A stretch of DNA of 49,786 bases, counting the filler, from Streblomastix strix (taxonomy: Eukaryota): the NCBI GenBank assembly GCA_008636045.1. It is 2 parts of 2 records of this genome, joined end to end, with 100 filler letters (N's around TTAATTAATTAA, not from the genome) between each part and the next. Parts side by side here need not be neighbours in the genome. Positions count along the whole stretch, not along the records: positions 24,945 to 49,786 come from SNRW01000224.1; 1 more part is not named here. The stretch is one strand, 5' to 3'. The notes under the pieces are model-generated. The model saw only the letters and a list, made by a program, of their open reading frames with translations. It was not told the DNA's origin and made no database searches. Positions within the stretch are counted from its first letter, which is position 1, and each line of letters opens with the position of its first letter. The translations under genes and the position numbers were made by a program. Shown here piece by piece: positions 32,005-45,000 of this stretch.

Positions 32005-32322
32005 GTCAATTGCCCATTAATTCATTCAATTTGATCAACTGCTTTTTTTTAAAGAAGTAAATTGTGTTTTTAATATTTATTATTATTTCGCTATTCATTT
32101 CGATCAACAAATTAATTTTTTTCTCTTATTTCAATATCTTCGTTATAATTTACTTCAACAAATTATTTTTTCATTAAAAAATTATTTGAAATATAAAAAC
32201 ATAGTGTCAAATTAAATGATTGAGTAATTCTTTATTAATTGTTTGAATAAGATAATATATGAATGAAAAAAGAAATAAAAAGAACGAATGTTTAGCCAAT
32301 AAACGATACATTAATGCAATAA

Positions 32323-33321
32323 TCATTCGCCTGTCTTTTCTTTCTCCTTCTTATCTTCTTCCATTACTTTTTCTTTTTCTTTCTTTTCTTTTAGTTCTTA
32401 TTATTCAATATCTTTAATCTTTTAAAACATATTACTAAATTGTACTTTTTGCTTTTCAGTAATTTTCTTTTCTTATTCTAATAATTTCTACAATTCCTCA
32501 CGAATTCCTTTGTCATTTGGTTGTAATTAAGATGCTTTATAGAGATCCGACTTTGCATTGACAAGATCACCTAAAGCTTTCCATGCTTATCCTCGTCTGA
32601 ATAATGCTTTTACATTCTAAGGATCATAGCGAAGAATTTCCTCACACATTGTTATGGCTTCTTTATTATCATCTGTCTTTAAACAGCATAATGATTTGTT
32701 AAGAAGGAGAGCAATTCTCACATCATGAAGCTGAGTTTGTAGTTCCTGTTTCACTTTAAACAAGTATTCAACATAGTCAAGTCCACGTTCATAGACATCT
32801 CTGGCTTCAAAATACTTCCCTTATTTAACTAATTCATTTCCCTCTAACTTTCTCGCATTGGCAAATTCAATTCTCTCTTCTTCTGTTTCTGGTTCATGTG
32901 TGAAAGTAATTAATTCAATAGTGAATATAATGGTTGCATTCGGAGGTATTCTTGGTGGATCACCTTTCTCACCATAGGCAAGTTCAGATGCAATTGTAAA
33001 CTATGCAACTTCACCTTATTTCATAGTCCTCACTGCAATATCCCAACCTTTTATGACATGTCCAATTCCAAGCTTGAATGAAAATGGTTCACCGCGATCA
33101 TACGATGAATCAAATTTAGTTCCATCAACCAGTGTTCCTGTGTAGTGCACAGTTACTTGACTATCCTTTCTAGGTGAAGATCCATCATCACCATTCTTGA
33201 TAATTTTCTTTATTAATTTACCATCAGACAAAATATCTAGCCGCCCATCCTCTAATAAAGTTGGATCTGGTAGTATTTCATCAAAAGATTCGTTGCTACT
33301 CGAGTCGCTATCTTCAGCCAT
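32323..33321 (-). CDS. FKBP-type peptidyl-prolyl isomerase with TPR domain (Hsp90 co-chaperone type), 332 aa
   Basis: [53 protein letters not shown], then TPR motifs KLEGNEL and NVKALFRRG. Intronless 999 bp, reading through the TAA at 33016 as Gln. Confidence 0.95.
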
Positions 33322-33669
33322 ACTAAGAATTATAAAAAATAAATGTGAAATTTTATTTATAAGGAATAAATGAGGTTATAAAATGAAGATCGAAATTATT
33401 TTCTTTAAATAATAAGATGATTATTAAGAGTTTTTCTTTTTCAGTCGTTCTCATAATATAATATGTTTACAATGATGATGATATAAAATTTGGATTATGT
33501 AGCATTAATAACTAATGATTTTTTAAATGAATTATAAAACGCGCAATTGTAGCTTGAGAAAAACGAGAGTAAAGTTCAAAACTAAAACCAACAAATTTCT
33601 GTAGTTATTTGTTTATTTATTTGTAAAATATACCTATTAAAATTGTAATATTTTATTCCCTCTATAAGA

Positions 33670-36156
33670 TCACATCACACCAACTGCAACAAGGACGAGA
33701 ATTATCGTACATATTCCATAAAGCACAAATAATATCACAGCAAACCATCTCTCAAATCGCATCTTCCTAATAAGACTAATAATAATTGTAAATAACAGTG
33801 ATGCGGCAGTGAGTGCAAGTAGAAGGACCAGTTCTAGTTATCTGCCAACTTCAATTGGTTTTAATGATTTTTGTTTGATGAAAAGCATTAAAGATGAAAC
33901 AGATAGACCTAACAATGCATTAATTAGTGGACCAGCATAGCAGGCAGCAACTGCAGTGATTGGTCTTCCCATTCTGCTCACAGCAATATTCGCAACGACA
34001 TCTCCAAGCGCATTACCCCACGAAAGAACTGTGGCAAAAACAACTGTACTTGGAATTTATGCGAGAAAGGCTATTCCAATTAATCCATTGACAGTTTCTC
34101 CAGCTATCCAATTCAACCAAAGTATTGATGTGTATAATCTCCACGTTGCAAATACTATAGAACATAATACGCCTATTCGCTTCTTCCATAATTTACGAAT
34201 TTTCCTGTTATTTAAAAAGAAAGCTAATGGAATAAGTACCAGTGCTCCAATAATTAATGCTAAAGCAAAAGATGGGAATTTCTTATCTTTTCCAATCTTA
34301 TCTCCAAGGTTCATTCCAACAAATAATTACAAGATCGGCGTAGTGAGACCAACAGATACTAATCGTATATAAGAATTATTCTTGATTTCAGGCACAGTTG
34401 CCATACGCAGTGCAGTGACTGGCAGTTCAATGATGCCGATTATTCTCCCAAATTTCCCTCGTTCATCCCAATTTGTCCAATCTTTGAATGTATCTTCGAA
34501 ATAATTCTTAATTTGTTGTTATTTTGAAAGATCCTTTTCTTTCAGACTTTCATTGCTACTCTTATCTGACAATTGTGATTCTGAATCATTTTCTCTATTT
34601 TCATCATTTGTTTCTTCTTCTGTGATATCCATCATCTTCTTTTATTCATCTGCATGAATCTTATCTTTAAACGCTTTATATCCAATTTCATCTATATCCT
34701 CACTAGAAATTAACGCATGCTCTTATTTATCAGAATAATTCAAATTTAGCAAATTCTTATGCATCAATTATTATCTTTATAGAGCACCTTAACTTCTTGA
34801 TCTCTTTTACTTACTCTTAACCATCTCATATATTCCCTCTCCTGCTTAATCAGCTCCAACTATTTCATAATCAGGTTCATATAGAGATTCCATTATCCTG
34901 TTTATTCCCCATGAATTGTTTTCTCTTATTACTGATGATCTGATTATTTGGGTATCACTTCCTGATCTTCTATGTCTGCCTATTCTTCCAGATGCATCAT
35001 CTTAATCTGAATTAATCCCTGAATAATAACTGGGACCAAATCCAGAGTAATTTGATCCAGCTTGTGAACCACCAAATAGGTCATCTGCACTCTGATTGGA
35101 TGGTAAGCGCGCTTTTGACGAATATTTTTATAATTGTGGAACTAAAGGAGTTTATTCTGAATATTGAGATGAGCTTGCATTAGCCCAGGATGATTATGCA
35201 GAATAGGATGGGTTTTTCTAATCATTTCTTTAGTTATTCTGAGATAGAATAGAAGAATCCCATTAATCGCTCTACTTTCTTATTATTTTAGATGAATCAA
35301 TGGATGTGGATATTGTATTAGAATCTGTTGATATTGAAGGTGAAGTGGTTTCAGGTTGTTGAGTTGAAGAAGATGGAATTTCTTTGTTTTGTTTTTATTA
35401 TCTCTTTTCTTTTGCTAATTTTTTTGCCTCTTCTTATTTTTTCTTTTATTTCTTCTTTTTCATAAATCTCTCAAGTAAAACAGAGAATACAATATAGCCA
35501 AAATATATTAATGGGAGAAAGAGAGCAACAATTAAATCAACTTTTTAGCGTATAACAATAACTAATACTAAAATAGTTGTACATAGAAGATATATTGCAG
35601 CATCTTTAAACATCAGTGATTTAGTTACTCTGAAAGGTTGAATACAAATAATCATCCCTACAAGAATAGTTACTGTGAAAAGACCCGAACCAAATGCTTC
35701 ACTAAAACTGAGATTTAATGAACCTTCTGTTGCTCCAGATAATTGCGAAAATAAATCTAAAATGAAATTAAGAAATTATTGAAAAAGAAAAAAATTGCTA
35801 ATTAAATTTAGCAATAAACCAGGCGCTCCATTTCCCAATGATAAGAATGTTATTCCTGCAAGATTTTAACTCATGTGAAGCTAATCACATATAAACATTA
35901 GTGGAGGAACAAAGAAAGCATCAGCTGTAGTACCCAGAAGATAAATGAAGACAATTATGAATAATATAGCAAGGATATAGAAAACGACTGGTATATGCTA
36001 GAATTAACAGTAACGCAATTCTAAAATCTTAAAATATCCATCAGACGCAACATCTGTACAATTTTCTTTCACAAATGCGCACATATCAACACCGGAATCC
36101 TGAGAAAGCTAGCATGTTTCTGCTGCATCTTTGAGTATGCGGAGGACATTCCTCAT
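33670..36156 (-). CDS. Cation/Ca2+ exchanger of CCX/NCLX (SLC8B1-like) type, about 807 aa
   Basis: Alpha-1 repeat AGITFLSLGNGAP|DLFS (intron 35757-35819) and alpha-2 repeat VLSWGNALGDVVANIAVSRMGRPITAVAACYAGP. Two TM clusters are separated by a long hydrophilic loop. Confidence 0.9.
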
Positions 36157-36705
36157 CTTATAAATTGGTAATTAAATCTGTAAAATATATAGTATATATT
36201 TAAAATATTAAAAATAATTTTTTCAAAGCAAATTTAATTAAGAAATGCTCCCATAAAAAGCAAAAAAAATAATTCAAAATCAAATATCAATCTATACAAT
36301 GAGTCTTTAAATAAAAAACTCAAATTGTTATAAATTTAATTATTTAAATTGATATGTATTATTTGTAGTTGAAAATTATTGATATTTTGTGTGACTAGCG
36401 ATTGGCAATTGTAAACCATTGGACGAGGAATAACTCGACTACTGTTTCATATTTTTTCTGCAATATAAAAATTTAGTTAGAAATATACAAATATTTTATT
36501 TAAACGATATCTATTCAAATGCTTAAATTATTATTCACCGAGAACGAAAAAATAAAATTTTCACGCTTATTCCCGCGATATCAGGAACAATTTTGAAATA
36601 AATTAGCTTCTTCAACTTAATACAATATCAACATTTACATTTTTATATCAATATATATTACTTATACTTTCCTTCTAACACAATATTTCATTTTTTAATT
36701 AAGAA

Positions 36706-39700
36706 ATGAACTTTTCTGGCGCTGCGCCAGCCCGCCGTGCTCTTCGTGGAAAAAAGAAGGAGCAAAAGACCAATCAGATGACACTCGATGCATTCATTGA
36801 TTCGCGTAACTACATGGGTGCACTGACATATCTCAAACACTTGAGTGAGACTCAAACAGAAGTTTCTACCAAGCCCGATGGCACGCACTCTGTTCCAAAA
36901 CCAATTGTTGCCTGGACTGCTTATTGCAACTTCCATCTCGGTTTATATGAAGAGGCTCTCGATGTAGGCTACAATACCTTATATTTTTATTTGGAATAAT
37001 TTTTCATTTTTATCCTCATTTTCAGTTATATACGAAATTAGCTGCTGAAGATAAATCTCCAGCTGTAAATTTGTTTATTGCCTGCTGTCATATCTTCTTG
37101 GGCGACTTTCAAGTTGCCAGAGAGTATGCATCTAGAGGACCTCGCAATGAGCTTCGAGAGAGGATTGAATTCTTTGTAGCTGTGAGACTTGAAGATGAAA
37201 CACGAACTCTCCAAACATCGAAGAGAGGTGGTAGCATTGAGGTATGCCATAATATCATTATAATTATTAATTATTATTTAATTTATTCTATTTTTGATGT
37301 TATGGATCATTTATTCAGGCTATGATAGAGATTGTACATAATCAACTATGTTAAGCATCAGTGTATTTTATAAGTGGGAAGTTTAATGAGGTTTATATTT
37401 AATAAAAGAAAGAATTTCGAGAAATTGCATATATATAATTTATATTCTTACTTATATTACTCTATAGGCTCTAGAAATATATGAGAAGTTAATGAAGGAG
37501 GGAGAACAAGAATATCCTGCAATAAGGTAACTAATTCAATAATATTCTTTAATACAAATCATATTTGTATTTATATGTTAATTAATATCAGTGTATATCA
37601 TTCATATTGTAACTACAAACTTGAATTCTATGAAGTTGCACAGGGAGTTATTCAAAGGTATTAATATATGAAAATAAGATGTAAGAAAATGAATGTTATA
37701 TTTTTATTATATTATGATATTAATTTTATTTACTACTCACTTTTTCATTGTATTATATTAAATTTATAGATACCTTTAAGAGAATCCTAAATCTGCAATT
37801 GCACTTAACCTTTTTGCATGTATTAATCATAAGTTATATGCTGAAAGATCAAACTCAGTTGAATTATTGAAAGCTGTTGAGGTATTTGAGAATAATTAAT
37901 AATTAATAAGAAAGAATAAAATAATGATAATAGTTAATTATTTTTAATGTTAATAATTTACTTAGGATTCAGATTACCTCACAGATTATATGAAAAAACT
38001 TGTCTCTCATAATAAGGTATTGATTTAATAAGAATGATTTATTTGAATTATAATATTTTTATGTATTATTGTATTTATTTGAATTATAATCTTTTTATGT
38101 ATTATTGTATTTATTTGAATTATTATATTTGTAACATTAATATAGGTTGTCTTCAAACGTGGAGAAGGAGCACTTCAAACATTACCTCCTTTAACCGAAC
38201 TCATTCCAGAAGCAAAATAGAATCTGACTATATTCCATCTAAGAAATGAACTAACACAAGGTACTTGAATATTCATTATATAATTATATCATTATATAAT
38301 TATATAATTATATATTTAATATTGAATTGTAGATGCATACGCTCTGATGAGAGATCATTAACCAGCCACTCCCCTTGAATATACTTTAAAAGGAATAGTA
38401 TTTACTCTTATTGGATAAGTATGAATAATATATTAATAATATATTCATATTATTTATTTAATATTTCTATTATTAATTAATTAATTAATTTATTTATTTA
38501 ATATTTCTATTATTAATATAATACTCAAATTAAGGCCTAAGGTGGAGCAGGAATGTCTCCAGCATAACCAGGAAGTGAAGGAGGAGCGAGTGATGACAGT
38601 CATATCAGAGATGCTGCTCATTTCTTTGAAGTATTCATTTGATATTTCATTCTATTGAATATCAACATAATTATTCATATTAATATTTAAATGATTAAGG
38701 TAATGGGATCTGATCCAAATGAATGTGATACAATCAGTGGAAGATAATCGATGGCATCTGCATTATTCTTAAGAGGGAAATTCAGCGAATCTTTAAAATA
38801 TTTTGAATCGATTGATAATTATTTCTTAACTGATGATATATTCAATTATAATTATGGAGTTGCACTTGCAGCAGCTGGGAAATATTAGAGAGGAGAAAAG
38901 GTATTAATATAACTTAAATATAATATGAATTGAGATTGAATAAATGAATTAATAATAATAATCTTATTTTCTCAATACATACATCAGATCCTAGAACGTG
39001 TTCAAGGAGACAAAATACGTCGAGAGGATTATGCATACATTAATTGGTTAGTGAGATGTCATTGCTTAAGTGGACATCCTGTATAAGCATGGGAAATATT
39101 CACTAATTTAAAAGATGGGAAAAGAAAGAATAAGACAATTGATTAGAAAGGATAGTCATCACCATTGAATAGAGGAAGGAATAAATAAGGAAGAGAAGGA
39201 GATGAAGATGAAGAAGAAGAAGATGGAGATGAAAGAGATGGATAAATAAGTGGAGCTGGGAATATAACTGGGAATTTATATGGAGTACTTTAATTGATTG
39301 CTAATGACTGTTATAGAACAGGACATTTCTATATTGCTGCAAAGGCATTTGATGAGCTTGAGAAACTTGATTCATCTGTGGCGGATTTCACTGAAGGAAA
39401 AAGATCATCGTGTGTTGGAGTATTATATAATATAATGACAGGTAAGACTTAGAATAGAAATGAATTAACTGATGCACTTCGCATATTAAGAAGTGTTTCA
39501 TAAACAGGATTATAGCCTGAGCCAATATCAGAATAATATGCGAGATAGATATAGCGTTGGATGTAAGATAATCCAAAAGTCGGATAATCAATGGGAATGA
39601 GTGGAAGTGGAAGATAAGGATCAGTCAGTGGTGGATCTAAATAATAAGATGCAGGAAGTAATCGAGGAGGAAGTAGAGGAGGTAGAAATAGTAGTAGTAA

Positions 39701-39863
39701 TAATAATAATTAAGATTAGAGATCAAATTCAGCATAAAAAGGTAATTAATAGATTGAGGATGATTAAGGAGGAGGATTTATTGGAGGTGAAGATGATATA
39801 GATGGAGATGGAGGAGATGAAATGGGAAGGGATGCTGTTAATGACGATGATGACTTCCAATGA
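36706..39863 (+). CDS. IFT56: Intraflagellar transport protein 56 (TTC26/DYF-13), 12 exons
   Basis: RNYMGALTYL, WTAYCNFHLGLYEEAL, HNKVVFKRGEGALQTLPPL, ECDTISGRQSMAS, LQLIANDCY, AAKAFDELEKLD, EGKRSSCVG. Eleven GT-AG introns give a continuous frame to TGA 39861-39863. Confidence 0.93.
38037..38125. repeat. Intronic tandem repeat, 36-bp unit, about 2.5 copies
   Basis: atttatttgaattataat(a/c)tttttatgtattattgt repeated inside IFT56 intron 7. Confidence 0.85.
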
Positions 39864-40125
39864 AATATGAAAAATGGTCCAGATTGTTCAAACTTACTCG
39901 TTTTGTAAGTATATAAGTACTATTATGTTATTTTCTGAGTTGTTTGAACATTTTTCATACAATTTTATACACGAATAGTATAATAAAATGTATTACTCAC
40001 TTCATATTCATTCCTTTTAATTATTTATTTTATATTAATAAGAAAACAAAACAAAAATAATTTATTTTTTATCATAAGATACATCTTCTTCTGATCTAAA
40101 ATCTTTCACATGCATATTAATTCAA

Positions 40126-41736
40126 TCAGCTTGTATGATATTTTTCTTCATTAAATATTTCTTCCTTCGCTTTAAGTGCTCGATCATTTATAAAACGATC
40201 ATTCATCTAATTCAAGTGGAATAAGTGATTTTCAATTTCTTCTAATCCTGCTTCATTTTCAAATTATTCGTCAAAATCAACTTTCAATTAAGAAATTTAT
40301 GGATTTCCTCTTTTTTCATAATTCATTTGATTTATTATATTTTTGATATTTATCAAACCTTCACTAATTACATTTACATTCTCTTCTTAACTTCCTCCAC
40401 AAATTCCAACAGTATTAATAAGTACTTTTACAAATTCCCACTCATATATCATTTTCTATTTAACTTCAATCTAACTAAAGATCTAAATATAATATAAACA
40501 ATTAATACTGTTTTCCCTTATTCTTGACTGACATTTTGTATCCTTATTATTTTTTCTTTATCGCTAGAAATTTGTTAGATTAATCAAAGATTGAATAAGA
40601 TAAAAAGACGATGCAGCTAATTGGCAAAGAAGTAGATTTCTATTGAATAGTGAACAAAAAAGATAAAGATTTTCACATACAAAAGATTCTGTTGGTAAAT
40701 ATTTTTCTGATTATGATAAAATAGTTTAAAGATGAGTTGTTTCCACATCATTGTTAGGTTTAATTGAAAGAGATTATCCAAAGGAGATAATTGTTGAAGA
40801 GATATGTTTGATAATTTCATGATTATTCTCTAGATATTATTTTTCATTGTTGCTTTCCCAAATAAGTTCGCCAAGTGCTCCGAATGCAAAACTAATCAAC
40901 TCACAATGCGATTAAGGAAGAGTTATATATTGAGTGCAATGAAGTAAATGACAATTTATGTGAATTAATGGTGCTATAGATTCATGAATTTTTAGCTATT
41001 TCACAAAATATTCGTGATTATCCCAATCCTCAACTAAATATTAAATAGCCTTCAATACTCAGGTTCCTTGGTTAATTTATTTTTCTATACTATTATCTAT
41101 TATACTCTTTAATATTTCATCTGATTTTAAATTTATTTAATTTTTTTTCAAATTTTGAACTAAATTATTAATTTGATATATCAGAATTTTTCCAATTTTT
41201 ATACGAAATTAATCTCCAATCCAATAACACTTATATAAGAAAGCGATAGTTAGTGCAAGTATATTTATTATATCTGAATAATTTTCATCTTCACCTATTT
41301 CATTATTCTTATCTTTATAATCTTATTATAAGAATATTTCTTCAATTTTCATTAATAATCCACTTTTACTGAAAATCATAAAAAATATATTTCCTTCATA
41401 TTTTTCAGCAAAATCTGATCCTATTTCTGCTATTTCCGACGTAATATTTAATAAATTTTACTCATAGTCTGTATTTATTTATCCTATTTACAATAATAAT
41501 TCGCTACACAGCTCCTCAGTTATATTTGCATCAGAATTATCAATAATAATCTTTTTGAGTTCTTTTTATATTAATTAAATTTTTTCAATCTTTGAATATT
41601 CTTATTTTGATTATGGAACAGATTAAAGTATTAAAAGTAAATTTTATGGTGAAGATTATTATTAATTCAATGATTCCCCCTCATATTTCTGAAGAATATC
41701 GACTTAATTATTTTAACTGTTTATATGCATAGACAT
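40126..41736 (-). CDS. Intronless helical/ARM-like hypothetical protein with one in-frame TGA (possible pseudogene)
   Basis: Single frame from ATG 41736 to TGA 40126-40128, broken only by TGA at 41059-41061. ILALTIAFLYK resembles the ALSIAYLYR motif of the upstream kinase-ARM gene. Confidence 0.65.
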
Positions 41737-42015
41737 CTAAATGTAAATAGTTAAATATTATAAAAAATGAATAAGAAATAAGCTATAAAATCAAATAAAA
41801 ACATAATAAATTTATAAAAAATCAAAATTCAAGTGTATAATTGTATTTTGCGAAAATTTTATTTTGTTGGTTAATTTCCTGAGTTAGATGAGAAAAACAA
41901 ATTTTGACAATCTCAAAAAATATATACTATTCATGTATATAAAAAGCGTGATAAATCTATTTAAAAGACACTAATTTATAATTTATTAACAGAAAAAATT
42001 ATCACAAATATGGTT

Positions 42016-45000
42016 TCAATATAAGAAAATTTTTACAAAATCTACTAATTCTTTATGAGTGGCAAAAGAAAATACATATTCAATGTTTTGAATTTGTGTG
42101 CTTTTCCAATTTTTATTTGGAGAAGAAGATACAATATACGAAGTCTTTAATTATGAAGATTGTTGGGTTGAATATTGATTAAGTCTATCAAAAAGCCAAT
42201 AAAATAGATCATTGATCTCTGTGCTGCACTCTTGAATAATTGATTTGAAATTTTCCTTTTCAAATTAATTTCCAATTTCTTCATTATCATCTTATTCTCT
42301 CAACTTATAATCTATTTAGTTTCTGAGATATTTGTGCAAATGTGAAGTGATGTGAGAGAAAGCTGAAAGTGGAATTGTTTAGTGAGATGATGAATAATCC
42401 TGAGATTGTGACTAAGGATTCTATGACCTTTATGATGAATGATGTTATACAAGAACAGTCAATGATGTTGATTTTGAAGTAATAAATGGAAGATGAGGAA
42501 TCTGAGATGTAATTAGTTGGGTAGATTATGGTTAAGAGAATTGATGGATAGGAGAAGATAAAGATGGAGGTAAAGACATTGCTATATTCTTACTTTCATG
42601 ATTTAAAGATATTTATTTTTGTTATAATGATTACTTTAATTACTATGATTAAGCAAATTGAGATTGATATGAAAATTATAAAGCTTTTGGAATAATAGAT
42701 CTAATAATAATTTCATTAATTATCATTTATCTTTTTGAAATTATTGGTATGAAATGTGAATTAAAACTGGGATTGTTGTCAAAATAATTATATTCATTCT
42801 TATAATTTGAATTTTAATTTCCTTTTCCGATGAATTTCCAATTGTTCAAATTAGTATTTGTTTTTTGTTTTTAAAGCAGTTTGATAAATGGAGAATCAAG
42901 AAGAAAAATGGTATTTTTTTCATTTCTATTCTATAATTAATTTTTTTCGCATATTTTTTCTTCACTATTGATATATTAATATTATTCATTATTAATTAAT
43001 TTCATCTCATTTATTCCACAAAATAATTACAATGCATCAAATATTTCATCGTTGAGTTATAGGCTAAGCAGTTTATTATCTCTTTTATTTTATTTATTAT
43101 ATAATTTATTATTTTTACTAATGTTTGTTGAATATATTGAAATTTATTCATTCTCTCTCTTAAACTACTAATATTTCTATATTCTTTACAATTCAAATGA
43201 AAGTTATTATAAAAGTGAATGAATTGAATTGTTTGAATTAAATAAAAGAAGAATTTGTTATTCAAGTACTATTTTTGTTTTATCTTCAATTTCATTCTCA
43301 TCTGTTTTATTTCTAATGGAGTTCTTCATTAAATTATTTATTATTTTGTTTACTTCATATAAATAATGCTAATATTCTTCACAGGATGTTGCTAATCTGA
43401 AATGTAATCCTGCCCCAAAAGTAAGCTTCTGCTTATTAGCAAAAATAATGTTTTATTTATGATTATCAACTTTTTAAATATTGAATGATTGTTGTTGCTG
43501 AAGTGTTAATGGTTAAATTATAATTGGGGAATGTGAAGAATAAAGTGTAGAAGATTAATTCTAGTTTAATTATGTTTATTTTTAAGAAAGAGATGTTAAA
43601 AATAAATCTTGATTCAATGTTTCTCCATCTGTTAAGTTTGAATCCTAACTATTTATCTTCCATTTAATTACTTCATTTTTCTTTATTATAAACAATGGAG
43701 CATTTAAATATTGCTATTGCAAATACCGCTTATAAATTATGGGTGTTAATTACATTTTTGCTGGAAGAATCACAGGGACAATAATTATGCATTTTTTATT
43801 ATCATAAGAAGAATTGTTACTATGTGATTTAGAATAAAAATGCAGAGATGGTATTTACAATTGAGTGAATATAATTGTATTCTAGAATTTATATCTTTAT
43901 ACCAACTCATCAATATCTTCATTCATATTCATTTATGCAATTTAATATTCACTTTATTTAATATCATTGAATACATTAGAAAGATGAGGTAGATTAAGAA
44001 GTGTTGAAAGATGGAGAGCAGAAATAGAAACAGATTATAAAGAAGATTATTAGGGTTGAGAAGTTTGTTAATTTATTTGTGATGATGATATAAAATATGT
44101 TGGATTTGAATCTTATTGTTTTTCAATTTAAAATTGTTTATCTTATTCATGGTTAAAATATACATGAAAAATAAACATATTCTTTCCAGATCCTCCAAAT
44201 TGGTTCATATTCATGTTTAAATTCATATTCTGATTGTTATTCCTAATTTCACTGTCAATAAAACTTTAATTCATTTTATCATTTACACTAACATCAACAC
44301 TGAAGAACATATGTTTCTTCATTTCGCACATTCTAATTATATATTAACTCATTATTTCTTTCAATGAACTCAGGAAAGATCGCATTAATGATCGAAAACA
44401 CACATCACAAGCAAATAGATTTAAAAATGTTATATTTTAAGCATTTAAATTTATGTTGTTGAGCGCTTAAAATTATTATTGTTTCTTTTGTAGTTATTGT
44501 AATTATTATAGTTAATATAATGATTTTGAATAGTTATTATATTTATATTGTTGAATTTTATGGTGATAATGATGCAGATTAATATGTATACGAGTATTAT
44601 TACGATGCAAGTTATTAATATTTCTTTTTTAATTTTTAATTTATTCGTTCTATTTTGGTTATTATAAATGTTGTTAAGATATTTTGGATAAATTGGTTTT
44701 ATTACTGATGCTTTTATAATTATTATTTTATTTCTTATTCAAATAATCAGAAAACTTCAGTGTAATAAATCCATTCTTCTAATGGTTTGAATAATTAAAT
44801 AAAGATGAGGAAATAAATGAATGAAGTTTGCAAATTGGTAATCCCAAAGCAAGTTCATGAGAAGATTAATAGTGAAGTTAGTGATCTAGAGAAAATTAAA
44901 TTTCACTCTACATTTTAATCTAACTTGATTATTAATTGTTACTTTCTAATAAATCAAATTATTATTTATTTTATTATTGTTGGCTATTAAGAACGTTATT

